Shown piece after piece: positions 11,958-30,799 of a DNA stretch of 64,000 bases (its first letter is position 1; the number at the start of each line of letters is the position of its first letter). The notes beneath the pieces were generated by a model. That model was not told the DNA's origin. It saw nothing but the letters and a program-made list of their open reading frames with translations, and searched no databases. A program made the position numbers and the translations under genes. The stretch covers positions 93,434,001 to 93,498,000 of the forward strand of contig OX597817.1 in the NCBI GenBank assembly GCA_951406725.2, written 5' to 3'. The DNA is from Octopus vulgaris. Its lineage: Eukaryota.

Positions 11958-12670
11958 TAATAATACTTAGAGGTATTACTTCCACTGCTACGACCATGAC
12001 CACTAACAACAACAACAATACTAAAGGTGATCAAGACGAAGATAGCAGGAAAATTATCTTATTTAGGGTTAAAAGTTCTATTGCCACCACCATCACCACT
12101 AGCAACAATAATTAAGGTGCTGACAATGATGATGATGACAATTGAAATATAAAAATATAAAAATCTCTGACAAAGGATATTTACAACATTTCTAAAAATA
12201 ACCCAACAATTGCTGCTTCGGCCAGGGTCAAGATACAGGACTCTTGACCTGTCCAACAAAGCATGATGCCTAAACCAATCAGCTCAACCAACCAATCAGC
12301 TTAAGTAATTGAGTGATACTACACACTGATTGGTCAGAATACAGTTTGCAAAACCTAGCACTCTGGAGCCTACCCAGCTGTATTTATAGCACAGAATCAC
12401 TCATCTTGCTACAGTCAAAAATTGTGAAGCATGACTGTCAACACTACTACATGAACCCGAAGATTGCAGAATTCAATGCATGAAAGTACTAGTTCAATCA
12501 GAATGAATATTTAACATTCTACTATTTCATTTTATTTTATTCAATTATAATATATTATCTTATAATATATCATTATAAGATTGTAAATAAAACGTGAAAA
12601 TCAGACAAGGTTGGAATTCTTTTTATTAATATATTCTTCTATACACAATCACACACACCCATATATATAT
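10215..12670 (+). mobile_element. Inverted 5'-truncated copy of the same Penelope element
   Basis: Near-identical reverse complement of ~6235-8620. Confidence 0.9.
12452..12496 (+). ncRNA. pLTR hammerhead ribozyme (CCGAAGA core variant)
   Basis: tgaac-CCGAAGA-t-tgca/tgca-t-GAAA-gta-CTA-gttca; stem I tgaac/gttca; palindromic stem III AGTACT. Confidence 0.65.
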
Positions 12671-12681
12671 ATATCTATATG

Positions 12682-12713
<32 letters not shown>

Positions 12714-12714
12714 C

Positions 12715-12886
<172 letters not shown>

Positions 12887-12958
12887 GTATATATATATAT
12901 GTATGTATATATATATATACACATATATATATATACATATATATATGTATATATATAC

Positions 12959-13036
<78 letters not shown>

Positions 13037-14229
13037 ATATACATAGTAGTAGTAACAGAAAAGAAGAATTTCGGTTGTCCCCACGTTGTGGATTGTAATG
13101 TATATAAGAAATTAAAAAAGGAAAATACGCACACTTACATGGTTATAATATAATTTTTAATGTATCGGCTGGTTTCGCAATCGCTATTCATGATATTGTT
13201 AAGGGGGTCAATTCAGGGACAGTGCTTGCGACCGACTTTTGTGAATAAATCCTTTGTCCTGTCAGATTCAGGTGGATTGATAAGTTCTTGGGAGACCTTC
13301 GACCCTTTTCAGGTGAAAGAAAGTTCGAGGAAACACCCCTTAAAAAGCAGGAGATGTGAGTCTGTTGGACAGTTGAGGACAGGGCGAGTTAGTAACAGGT
13401 TGTTTCTGCTGTGACAGTGAACGTGAAAGAGGAGGACAGGCAGAGATGATTAAGGAACTGAGAGAGTTTGCGGCGAGAGGGCATAGCGATTACGGTAGTA
13501 GTTTTCTGAAATTGTTGCAGACGGGAAAGAACGTTCGGTAAAGTTTTGTTTGTGTCTTTTGGTTGTTGTATTTTGATGTGCTGAACTAAAAAGAGAATTG
13601 ATGTGAAAAAAAAGAAGGAAAGAGGAAAAAGAAAGAACATTGCTAAAGAGAAAAAGAAATGAGATTATAAAGAACATTGTGAATTGTGTTACAGAGTTGT
13701 TGATACGTGTTGAAAAAGAAAGAGAAAGACTTTAATGTGATTTGAACATTGAACTGTATCGTTAATGTGAACATTATTTGTTTTGATTCGACGCGAACTG
13801 TTTAAATGCTTTGATTTGTTGTTTTCTTGTTTTCTTGCATTTTCTTTGATTTATTTGATGTTGTAATAATTGTATAAACTGTTGTTAAATGTAAGCCAAA
13901 TTACCTTTCGCCGTGTCTCTCTGTATCTCTTCCTCCTGTTGTTGTTGTTGTTATCTCCGGTCGCCGGCTGCCGAGTTTGCTGCCGCCTTTCCCCCACCGA
14001 ATTCTCTCTCTCCCTGGGTCCGTGGCGAATTCGCCGATTGATCGGGCCGGTAAATCGTCGTCGCTCGACTTGGTAGGGTCCCGGGTTTTCCGAAGAGTTT
14101 GAGCGACGACAGGTGAGGTTCGTAACAATATAATGTTTAATTTATATGAATATATACTTTTTCTTAAGAAGAAATTTGGTCAATGTTGTTTGTAATGAAA
14201 TTCACGAGTGAATTATTTTACAAGTTGAC

Positions 14230-15598
14230 CAGTAAAGGGAGGTAATTGGTTGTTATTATTGTTATTGTTGTGTGTAAGGGAGATAACTGTTTAGGTTTTG
14301 GGTGGGGAATAAATATGTGTACAGAAAGGAGACAGGTTTAAAAAAAGGGGACCTTGTTTAGTAGGGGATTTCTGTACAGTGATGTGATATGTAAAACTAT
14401 AAAAGTTAGTTATGCGTGCATATTAAGATGCATTTGTATTTTTCAATGAAAAAAGTTTCTTTATTTAAGCGTTCTAGTTCAGAGATTGTGTCTTTGCACT
14501 GGTAGAAGGGGAAGACTGTAAAATTTGGTTTGATGTTACCTGCACATTTTTCTATGTGTTCACTAAGAGGAATTTGTCTGTATTGCGGGAAACGGATTTG
14601 CTCCTTATGCAGAGTGATTCTCTTCCTCAAAGTTAAACTCGTTCGTCCAATGTACTGATGACTGCAACCCGAGCAGGTTATTACATAAATTAGGTTCTCA
14701 GAGGCACAGGTGAAATTAGTTTTAATTGTGAACCTCTGTCCTTGTTTGAAAAGGAAATCCGAGCCTTCAAGCAGGTTGAGGCAGGTGCCACAGTTCGGGC
14801 GTCCACATTTTTCAACCGTTGGTTTCGTGGTTGTTTGGTAAAGCTTCGCATTTGTTAGTAGTCTCCTTAGCGATTTGTCTTGATTTTTTGCATTTGATGA
14901 GTTTGTGTGTTTTCAGGATGTCGTTCATTTTTGGATCTCTACTTAGTAAAGGGAGAGTTTGCACAATAGTGTTGAATGCCTCACTGTTTCTGGGGTTGTG
15001 TGTTGATATAAAAAGTAATGCTTTGGTTTGAGGTGTAGTGCTCTGTTTTTTTTTTTTTGTTCTTAGTGATTTTGTGTCTAATTCTTTGGCACGTTTAATT
15101 CCCTCGTCGATAAGAGAGGGTAGATATGATCTTTCAATAAGTGTTGTTTTGAGGTCTTGAAGACGAAGGTCCCGAGTTGTTCTATCAGACACTATTGTGC
15201 AGATCCTTTTTGCTAAGTTAAAAGGGATGTTTATTTTTATGTGTTTCGGGTGACATGAGTTAAAAAGAAGATATTGTTTTGAGACAATATTTATAATATA
15301 TTTTTTATAATAAATGTCAGGTATGATTTCATTATTGACTATTTTTATCATGATGTCTAAAAATGGAAGTTGTTCTTTATTATACTCCATTGTGAATTGA
15401 ATGTTACTATTTATGTCATTTAGTGTTGTTTTGAAATACAAAAGTTTGTCCATATTCTCCTTCCAGATGATAAAACAGTCATCCAGGTATCATTTTTTTA
15501 AACCTGTCTCCTTTCTGTACACATATTTATTCCCCACCAAAAACCTAAACAGCTATCTCCCTTACACACAACAATAACAACCAATTACCTCCTTTTAC
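14230..15598 (-). mobile_element. Second Penelope family, 5'-truncated, with an inverted 3'UTR copy at the truncation point
   Basis: ORFs 14812-15453 (LPFLDI, NSCHPKH..NIP.NLAKRI) and 14406-14630 (GIY-YIG tail); ~15495-15598 is the reverse complement of ~14231-14345. Confidence 0.88.
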
Positions 15599-15619
15599 TT
15601 ATATATATATATTTATACA

Positions 15620-15691
<72 letters not shown>

Positions 15692-15773
15692 TATATGTAT
15701 ATATATATATGTATATATATACATATATATATGTATATATATATGTATATATATACATATATATATGTATATG

Positions 15774-15845
<72 letters not shown>

Positions 15846-15944
15846 CATATATATATGTATATGTATATATATATATGAATATATATATATACATATATAT
15901 ATACATATATATATGTATATATATATATATGTATATATATACAT

Positions 15945-15984
<40 letters not shown>

Positions 15985-16022
15985 GGAAGTTGTTCTTTAT
16001 TATACTCCATATATATATATAT

Positions 16023-16077
<55 letters not shown>

Positions 16078-16113
16078 TATATATGTATATATATACATAT
16101 ATATATGTATATG

Positions 16114-16176
<63 letters not shown>

Positions 16177-16177
<1 letters not shown>

Positions 16178-17520
16178 TGCAACTGGCAAACTTCCAAGAA
16201 AACTGAAGGAAGGTAAAATATGCCCTATTCATAAAGGAGGTAGCAGAGCGGAGGCCAAGAACTACAGACCAATCTCTCTGACTTTGCAAAGGCCTTTGAT
16301 AAAGTCGATCATGGAATGATATGTCACAAACTGCGTGATCTTGGCATAGTTGGAAAATTGGGAGAATAGCTTCATGACTTTCTGAAGGATAGATGTCAGG
16401 TAGTAGTAGCCAATGGGGCCACTTCCATTAACACGCAATAAGTGAGCGGTGTTCTGCAAGGCACTGTTTTGGGACCACTACTGTTCATAATGGCCCTCTC
16501 AGACATGCCCTCAACCACAATCACAAGTTATGCAGATGATACAAAAGTTTCACAGGCAATACAGAACCCTGAAGACATTATGCGCCTGCAATGTGAGCTG
16601 GACAAAATATACAAGTGGGCTGAAAAGAATAGCATGCAGTTCAATGCTGAAAAGTTTCAAGCTTTATGCTATCAGCATGCAAAACTAAATGCAATACCCA
16701 ATAAATACACTGGACCTGGAGGGATTGCAATCCCAGAGGCACAATCAGTGCGAGACCTGGGTATTTACATGAGTGATGACGCAACCTTTCATGTGCATGT
16801 TGCTAAATTGGCAATGAAATGTAGGCAGCTGACCGGATGGATTCTTAGAACCTTTAGAACAAGAGAACAAGAAACCATGATGTTCCTCTGGAGGACACTT
16901 GTCCTAAGCCACTTTGACTATTGCCCTCAGCTATGGTCACCATCCAGTGTCAAGTTAATCACAGAACTTGAGACGATCCAACGAAGCTACACGATGAAGA
17001 TAGCCTCTGTGCAGCATATAAGCTATTGGGAAAGACTCAAGAGATTGAGACTCTATTCCTTGGAGCGTAGGCGAGAGAGATATGCCATAATATACATCTG
17101 GAAGATCCTGGAAGGACTTGTCCCAAACTTTGGCATCGAGAGTTACACAAATGCCAGAACTGGGCGCCACTGCATAGTGCCAAGGACTCCAAATTTGCCA
17201 TCAAGTTATAGGACAAGATACTGTGATAGCCTGGGCTTCAGAGGCCCACAGCTCTTCAATATCCTCCCGAAGAACCTGAGAGACCTGCATGGGGTGGATG
17301 CAGACGTCTTTAAAATATAACTGGATCTCTTCTTGTCAGGTGTTCTAGATGAACCAACTTCACTGCATGAGCTGCAGATGAGGGCAGCTGCATCGAACTC
17401 TCTCATGCACCAAATGGCAATTGCTAAAAAGCATTCGTGAAGTAAAATCATGTAGCAACACCAAATGGCGGTGCCCCAGCATGGCCACAGCTCGTGAGCT
17501 GAAACTAGATAAAGATAAAG
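16177..17520 (+). mobile_element. CR1-like LINE, 3' RT portion with internal deletions
   Basis: SGVLQGTVLGPLLF, YADDTK, YWERLKRLRLYSLERRRER; (GATAAA) tail; same family as 23170-25350. Confidence 0.9.
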
Positions 17521-17548
17521 ATACGTATATATATATATGTATATATAT

Positions 17549-17587
<39 letters not shown>

Positions 17588-17662
17588 TACATATACATAT
17601 ATATATATACATATATATATATAGACATATATATATATACATATATATATACATATATATAC

Positions 17663-17695
<33 letters not shown>

Positions 17696-17857
17696 CATAT
17701 ATATATACATATATATACATACATATATATACATATATATACATATATATATATACATATATATTTATAAATATATACATATATACATATATATATATAT
17801 ACATATACATATATGTATATATATATATATGTATATATATATATACATATATGTATT

Positions 17858-17889
<32 letters not shown>

Positions 17890-17944
17890 CATATATACAT
17901 ATATGTATATATATATATACATATATATATATATGTATATATAT

Positions 17945-18004
<60 letters not shown>

Positions 18005-18007
<3 letters not shown>

Positions 18008-18800
18008 TAGATATGTTTCGACTAATGATTGGTCCAGGCCATGTCTAACTTAATAGCACCATCTGATAGGATTATTTGAATCCTGTTTAAGTCAAGTTTT
18101 GTTTATGGTCCATTCAAGTAGAGATTTTTTGTTGGGTGAGTTGTATCCAATTATGGGTGGCTTATCTGGTATTCCTTGAAGGAATCTATCTAGACTCCGT
18201 TTAAAGTTGATGGGATCCTGTTCCTCTTTGATCTCTTTCGGGACAATGTTATATAGGGCAGGGCCTGTTGAGGAAAAGAAATTATGTTGTAGTGTCCATG
18301 TATGCTGTGATCTTGAATTGGGCAGGGGACGTATGGCCCGTGGTCCTAGTCTTGGATTAACCTTGACGCTAATGTTCAGGTCGTTTGGGCAAAGTTGGCG
18401 GTATATTCTCCACATCGTACAAATGATGTACCGCTCACGGCGACGCCGGAGAGAGTAGAGTTTCAAGGCTATAAGGCGATCCCAATAATCGAGAGCAGCC
18501 ATGCCTTCAATTCGTTTAGTGAGTGCTCTCTGAGGTGATTCAATCCTCGAGATGTTTTCTCTTGTATGGGGAGACCACAGAGGGCAGCAGTATTCGAGGT
18601 GTGGCCGTACAAAGGAGGAGAAAAGTGGTATGATGACACCTTGTTCTCTGGACCGGAAAGTTCTTAAGATTCAGGAACTCATCCTACGAGTTATATCGAC
18701 CTTCTTGTTGATGTGTGCACTCTAACTGAGATCGTCATCAACAATTACACCCAGGTCTCGGATATTGTTAGAGGCTGTGAGCGGTTCCCTTGAAGGAAGA
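18005..18800 (-). mobile_element. CR1-like LINE 3' fragment (different family)
   Basis: ORF 18092-18502 with YWDRLIALKLYSLRRRRERY and FKRSLDRFL. Confidence 0.85.
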
Positions 18801-18814
18801 TATATATATACATA

Positions 18815-19327
18815 TCTATATATATAAAACTGTAGTTGTGTGAGTGTCTGTCCCCTTCGATTTAGATTCCTAACTACTCCCACATTTTGCGGTGCAGTTT
18901 AACCAAATTCGGGTATCTTATAGTCGTGATTCATATCGAGCCCGTCTGAGTATTAGCGCGCGTCTACGATGAGTCTACGATTTTAAAAATAATTTAACAT
19001 CATTTTTTTATTCCATTTTAATGCATAATTTTTCGTGTGTCGATGGCGGCGGATTGGCGTCCATGGTCACACCTGCACCTGTTTGCTTCTCCCCCTTCTT
19101 CCCTCCCTCGTGAAGCTGTGGGGAAGGGAGTGTAAGGAAATCAACGTCGTAAAGCGTTGTCAAGGAGACCAGCGTTCTTTTAGAACAACGACTTCATGGC
19201 TTGAAGACACCAAAACAGAAATGGCTAAGAAAGCCCGAATTGGCATCTATAAGGGAAGTAACTCTCTAAAAATGCTTATATAGTTATTTCCCTTACAAAC
19301 CCGAGCAACGCCGGGCGATACTGCTAG
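18815..19327 (+). mobile_element. Non-autonomous Helitron
   Basis: A|TC 5' start; subterminal hairpin cccgagcaacgccggg; CTAG|T 3' end; no TSD. Confidence 0.85.
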
Positions 19328-19579
19328 TATATATATATATATATATATATATACATACAAGCAATAATAAATCTCTGATCGAGATGTAAACAGTAAGCGC
19401 TCGACAACGTAAAGTATACTAGCCATCTTAATATGGCTAACCACTGGGGGTGGGGGTGTTACTGTAGCTTTTTAGCCCCAGGAGATCATCGTCTCCAGCC
19501 GGCTTTAGACACAATCCTGTACCCTTTAATGATATTCGCAAAGGGAGGTCATATACATATGACCTTCCTTATATATATA

Positions 19580-19621
<42 letters not shown>

Positions 19622-19731
19622 TATATGTATATATATATACATATATATATATGTATATATATATACATATATATATATGTATATATATACATATATATAT
19701 ATATATGTATATATATATACATATATATATG

Positions 19732-19765
<34 letters not shown>

Positions 19766-20153
19766 CATATATATATGTATATATATATACATATATATAT
19801 GTATATATATATATACATATATATATATATACATATATATATATATGTATATACATGTGTATATTCAAAGAAACATTCTTTACTTTGTAGTTTGATCGTA
19901 GGTGATCTATTTCTAGCATACGGCCGACTACCTAAAACACACACGGACACAAAAACACACACGGACACACAGAGACACACACACACACCTCCACAGAATG
20001 ACCATAGAAAGTGTGACCCCAAATGACATTTGTCAGGCCAACCTACGCACAACACACACTCAGTGACATCAAAATGGACGGCCAAAGTTCTTATAAAACC
20101 ACAGGAGGTCCAGTAGACCAACGGAAATAACACTTCTTCACTCTCAGATATAA

Positions 20154-20216
<63 letters not shown>

Positions 20217-20479
20217 TACACATACACACATGTTTTCTCTGTCTCACTTCCTCCTCACCCACTACTACGAAACTATAAAATGTTCAAACTCCCCACAACT
20301 GATTTGATTTGAAAAGCCCACTAGATTGGGAGAAAGCGCTAATCCGAATGATATGATATGATATATATGTAAAAAATGTAATATATAAATAAATATCTAC
20401 AAATATGAACCATCTGATCTGATTACCTCATTTTTTCTAATATATAATACCTGTACATCATCTCCAAACCTTCCGATAC

Positions 20480-20514
<35 letters not shown>

Positions 20515-20515
<1 letters not shown>

Positions 20516-20949
20516 GTCCTGTTATTACCATTATTGTTTTTTGTATTTATATTCGTGTGGCATCGTCCGTTTTTCTGTCCTTGTTTCGTATACACTCAAT
20601 CCTTTTTCCAAGAAATCTAATGCTCGTAGCTTAGTTATTCCTTGGGGCTGGCCGGATCGGAGCGATCTCAAGATTAATCAGCCGAAATTGCGAGGATGAT
20701 CCGGTTCTTGACTGACGATTGAAGGCTTCGAATGTCCCGTCCGTGTTTTTTGTATCGTCTTCTAAATGTTTTACGTTCTTTTCCCAGTTTGTATTTTTCT
20801 ACATATAATATATATAGCGGCGCCCGTACCCTCTTTGGCCTTGTATGTAAGTACACATTCCTTTAAATTTGGTACGACTCTATAACACTGTCTCTCTCTC
20901 CTACATTTCTCTGCCTTTCACACTTTGCACTCTACTTTGATCTGTCTCT

Positions 20950-20989
<40 letters not shown>

Positions 20990-21660
20990 CTCCTCCTCCT
21001 TTTCTCTTTTCTTGCCTCTGATTCTTTGGTCTCCTCTTCCCCCACTCTCACATTTCTCCGTCTTTCTCACTTTGCATCTCACTGATTCTGTCACCAAGCC
21101 GATCCTTGGCACGCTCTCTTTCTTCTCCTCGCTTTAATTCCTTCTTTCTCTCTCATCTCCCCCCTTTGGTGCCTTCGTCTCTCTTTTTCTCTCTCTCTTT
21201 GATTCCTTTACCCCCTTTTGTTTTTCTCTCTCTTCTTCCTCTCACGTGACCGCTAGTCAACCAGCCTTTCGGTTTCTAACCAGCGCCACGAGAACATCGT
21301 TGTCTTCGTCTGCCGAAAAAAGCAAATCTAAATGTACTGTCTATAGTCGTAAGACACACGCTGTTTTTGTCCTGTTATTACCATTATTGTTTTTTGTATT
21401 TATATTCGTGTGGCATCGTCCGTTTTTCTGTCCTTGTTTCGTATATATTCTATCCTTTTTCCAAGACATCTAATGCTCATAGCTTAGTTTTTCCTTGGGG
21501 CTGACCGGATCGGAGCGATCTTAAGATTAATCAGCCGAATTTGCGACGATGACCCGGTTCTTGACTGAAGATTGAAGGCTCCGAATGTCCCGTCCGTGTT
21601 TTTTGTATCGTCTTCTAAATGTTTTACGTTCTTGTCCCAGTTTGTATTTTTCTACATATA
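20515..21660 (+). mobile_element. Non-coding element with two ~290-bp direct repeats around a CT-rich spacer (pLTR-like)
   Basis: ~20515-20810 matches ~21370-21660; degenerate hammerhead-like pieces ggctg..cagccGAA and CTGA(C/A)GA. Confidence 0.6.
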
Positions 21661-21675
21661 ATATATATATATATG

Positions 21676-21721
<46 letters not shown>

Positions 21722-21844
21722 CATGTATATATATATATATACATGTATATATACATATATGTATACATATATATATATATACTTATATATATATATACGT
21801 ATATATATATACGTATATATATATATACATATATATATATATGT

Positions 21845-21876
<32 letters not shown>

Positions 21877-22089
21877 GTATGTATATATGTATATATATAT
21901 GTATATATATATATATGTATATATATATATGTATATATATATGTATATATATATATATGTATATATATATACATGTATATATATATACATGTATATATAT
22001 ATATATACACATATATATATACATGTATATATATATATATATATACATATATATATACACATATATATATACATATATATATATACATA

Positions 22090-22130
<41 letters not shown>

Positions 22131-22160
22131 ATACATAAATATATATACATATATATATAT

Positions 22161-22196
<36 letters not shown>

Positions 22197-22199
<3 letters not shown>

Positions 22200-22532
22200 A
22201 AGGGTAAAGACCCCCTTCGGTCATGAATGACCATGGGATTGCACCTAGAAAGTTACCCTCCCAGGCACAAGTCCGGGCAAGGTAGTTTATGGATGACCAG
22301 CAGTCGCCCATGCATACCAGCCTCCCCTCTCTACACCACTGATGTTATCCAAGGGAAAGACAAAGGTCGATACAGCTTGGCACCAGTGATGTCGCAACTC
22401 ATTTCTACAGTTGAGTAAACTGGAGCAACGTGAAATAAATGCCTTGCTCAAGAACACAACACGCAGCCCGGTCCGGGATTCGAGCTCACAACCTGACGAT
22501 CGTAAGCTCGACGCTCTAACCACTGAGCCACA
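22197..22532 (-). mobile_element. tRNA-derived SINE
   Basis: Minus strand A box tggctcagtgg and B box-like gctcgaatccc. Confidence 0.8.
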
Positions 22533-22544
22533 TATATATATATA

Positions 22545-22957
22545 CTCTTTAATCTTTTACTTGTTTCAGTCATTTGACTGCAGCCATGCTGGAGCACGGC
22601 CTTTAGTCGAGCAAATCGAGCCCGGGACTTAATCTTTGTAAGCCCAGTACTTATTCTATCGGCCTCTTTTGCCGAACCGCTAAGTGACGGGGACGTAAAC
22701 ACACCAGCATCGGTTGTCAAGCAATGCTAGGGGGGCAAACACAGACACATAAACATACACACACACACATATATATATATATATACATATATACGACAGG
22801 CTTCTTTCAGTTTCCGTCTACGAAATCCACTCACAAGGCATTGGTCGGCCCGGGGCTATAGCAGAAGACACTTGCCCAAGATGCCACGCAGTGGGACTGA
22901 ACCCGCAACCATGTGGTTGGTTAGCAAGCTACTTACCACACAGCCACTCCTGTGCCT
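22545..22957 (-). mobile_element. tRNA-derived SINE with internal microsatellite (abundant family)
   Basis: Head ggagtggctgtgtggtaag...ggttcagtccc; tail gactgaaacaagtaaaaga; copies near 34.5, 45.7, 49.9 and 63.7 kb. Confidence 0.85.
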
Positions 22958-22963
22958 ATATAC

Positions 22964-23018
<55 letters not shown>

Positions 23019-23032
23019 CATATATATATACA

Positions 23033-23108
<76 letters not shown>

Positions 23109-23117
23109 CATATATAC

Positions 23118-23148
<31 letters not shown>

Positions 23149-23169
23149 CACATATATATATATATACAA

Positions 23170-25350
23170 ATATCTGGCCTGAATGTCTCTCCTCGCCAGA
23201 CATCGACGTGAAACTTCAACAATTCACGTCTGTAATGCAAGCCATATGCTACAAATGTGTCCCAGAGAGAAAGGCCACTGTACACAAGAACAAAATCCCC
23301 AGAGAGAGGAAAATTTTAATGACACGGCGTACAAAAATTTCAAATCGCCTAAACAAACAAATTGAAAGCAGTGAAAAGTCCCGCCTGAAAATGAAACTGT
23401 TGGAAATTGAAAAATGTCTACAACTCTCCCATGAAAAGGAAAGAGCAGACAAAGAAGCCTGGGCTATAGACAACATAAAATCTAACCCCAGAGCTTTCTA
23501 CAGGTATGTCAAAGAAACAGCTACGGTGCACTGTAGGATAGGGCCACTCCTTGAAAAGGATGGCACACTCACAGGAAATCCAATGAGGGTAAGTGAAATA
23601 CAGGATGAGCAATTCAAGAGTGTTTTCACTCCACCCCTTGGGCATTTCCAAATCACCAATCCAACTGACTTCTTTACCACTGCAGATATAAAATCAGAGG
23701 CAGCGATGATTGATTACATCAATATAAAGGAAAACGATGTAATAAAGGCTATAGATGAAATGAAAACAAACTCAGCTACTGGCCCCGATGGATTCCCAGC
23801 AATCCTCCTAAAAGTATGTAAGAGAGTCCTAGCAAGACCACTGCAGTTCCTCTTTCAGAGCTTCCTTGCAACTGGCAAACTTCCAAGAAAACTGAAGGAA
23901 GGTAAAATATGCCCTATTCATAAAGGAGGTAGCAGAGTGGAGGCCAAGAACTACAGATCTATCTCTCTGACCTCACACATCAGCAAGGTCATGGAACGAA
24001 TAGTCAGAAGGAAACTGATCACCTTCCTTGAAGAAAATGACTTGCTGCCTGACACCCAACATGGTTTCCGACCAGGAAGAAGCTGCTTAACTCAGCTCCT
24101 ACAACTCTATGACTGGGTGCTGAAACGACTGCTCAACCACTCAAATGTGGAAGTGATATATCTCGACTTTGCAAAGGCCTTTGATAAAGTCGATCATGGA
24201 ATGATATGTCACAAACTGCGTGATCTTAGCATAGTTGGAAAACTGGGAGAATGGCTTCATGACTTTCTGAAGTATAGAAGTCAGGTGGTAGTAGCCAATG
24301 GTGCCACTTCCATTAACACGCAAATAGTGAGCGGTGTTCCGTAAGGCACTGTTTTGGGACCACTACTGTTCATAATGGCCCTCTCAGACATGCCCTCAGC
24401 CACGCAGAGAGCCACGATCACAAGTTATGCAGATGATACAAAAGTTTCACAGGCAATACAGAACCCTGAAGACACTAAATGCCTGCAATGTGAGCTGGTC
24501 AAAATATACAAGTGGGCTGAAAAGAATAGCATGCAGTTCAATGCTGAAAAGTTTCAAGCTTTATGCTATCAGCATGCAAAACTAAATGCAATACCAAATG
24601 AATACACTGGACCCGGAGGAATTGCAATCCCAGAGGCACAATCAGTGCGTGACCTGGGTATTTACATGAGTGATGACGCAAACTTTCATGTACATGTTGC
24701 TAAATTGGCAATGAAATGTAGACGACTGGCCGGATGGATTCTTAGAACCTTTGGAACAAGAGAACAAGAAACCATGATGTTCCTCTGGAGGACACTTGTC
24801 CTAAGCCACTTTGACTATTGCTCTCAGCTATGGTCACCATCCAGTGTCAAGTTGATCACAGAACTTGAGGCGATCCAACGTAGTTACACGATGAAGATAG
24901 CTTCTGTGCAGCATATAAGCTACTGGGAAAGACTCAAGAGATTGAGACTCTATTCCTCAGAGCATAGGCGAGAAAAATTACACAAATGCCAGAACTGGGC
25001 ACCACTGCAGAGTACCAAGGACTCCAAATTTGCCATCATGATGTAGGAGAAGATACTGTGATAGCCTGGGCTTCAGAGGCCCACAGCTCTTCAATATCCT
25101 CCCGAAGAACCTAAGAGACCTGCATGGGGTGGATGCAGATGTCTTTAAAATATAACTGGATCTCTTCTTGTCAGGTGTTCCAGATGAACCAACTTCACGG
25201 CAGGAGGTGCAGATGAGGGCAGCTGCATCAAATTCTCTCATGCACCAAATGGCAATTGCTAAAAAGCATTCGTGAAGTAAAATTATGTAGCAACACCAAA
25301 TGGCGGTGCCCCAGCAAGGCCACAGCTTGTGAGCTGAAACTAGATAAAAA
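23170..25350 (+). mobile_element. CR1-like LINE, 5'-truncated ORF2 pseudogene
   Basis: [44 protein letters not shown]; stop codon at 24342-24344. Confidence 0.92.
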
Positions 25351-30580
<5,230 letters not shown>

Positions 30581-30604
30581 CTTGGATGTGCAAATTGTTT
30601 ACAA

Positions 30605-30638
<34 letters not shown>

Positions 30639-30799
30639 TATGTATTTACATATGTGAGAGAGGGGAAACGAAAGAAAGAAGAGTGGAAAGAATGAAATAA
30701 ATGTGAAGGGACTGATAGAAAGAAAGAATGAAGGAATAAGAGAGTCGTACAAAATTTAGATATATGTGCGTGCGTGTGTGCGTGCATGTGTGTGTGTGT

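Noticed and set aside
7225-12259. Pairs of identical short ORFs on opposite strands
   Set aside because: Antisense shadows of the inverted Penelope duplication
13160-13280. Possible minus-strand hammerhead near gtttcgcaa
   Set aside because: A stem is possible but there is no CUGANGA-like core at the right position
22872-23170. N-terminal extension of the 490-aa LINE ORF
   Set aside because: Read-through from SINE and TA repeat upstream of a 5'-truncated LINE
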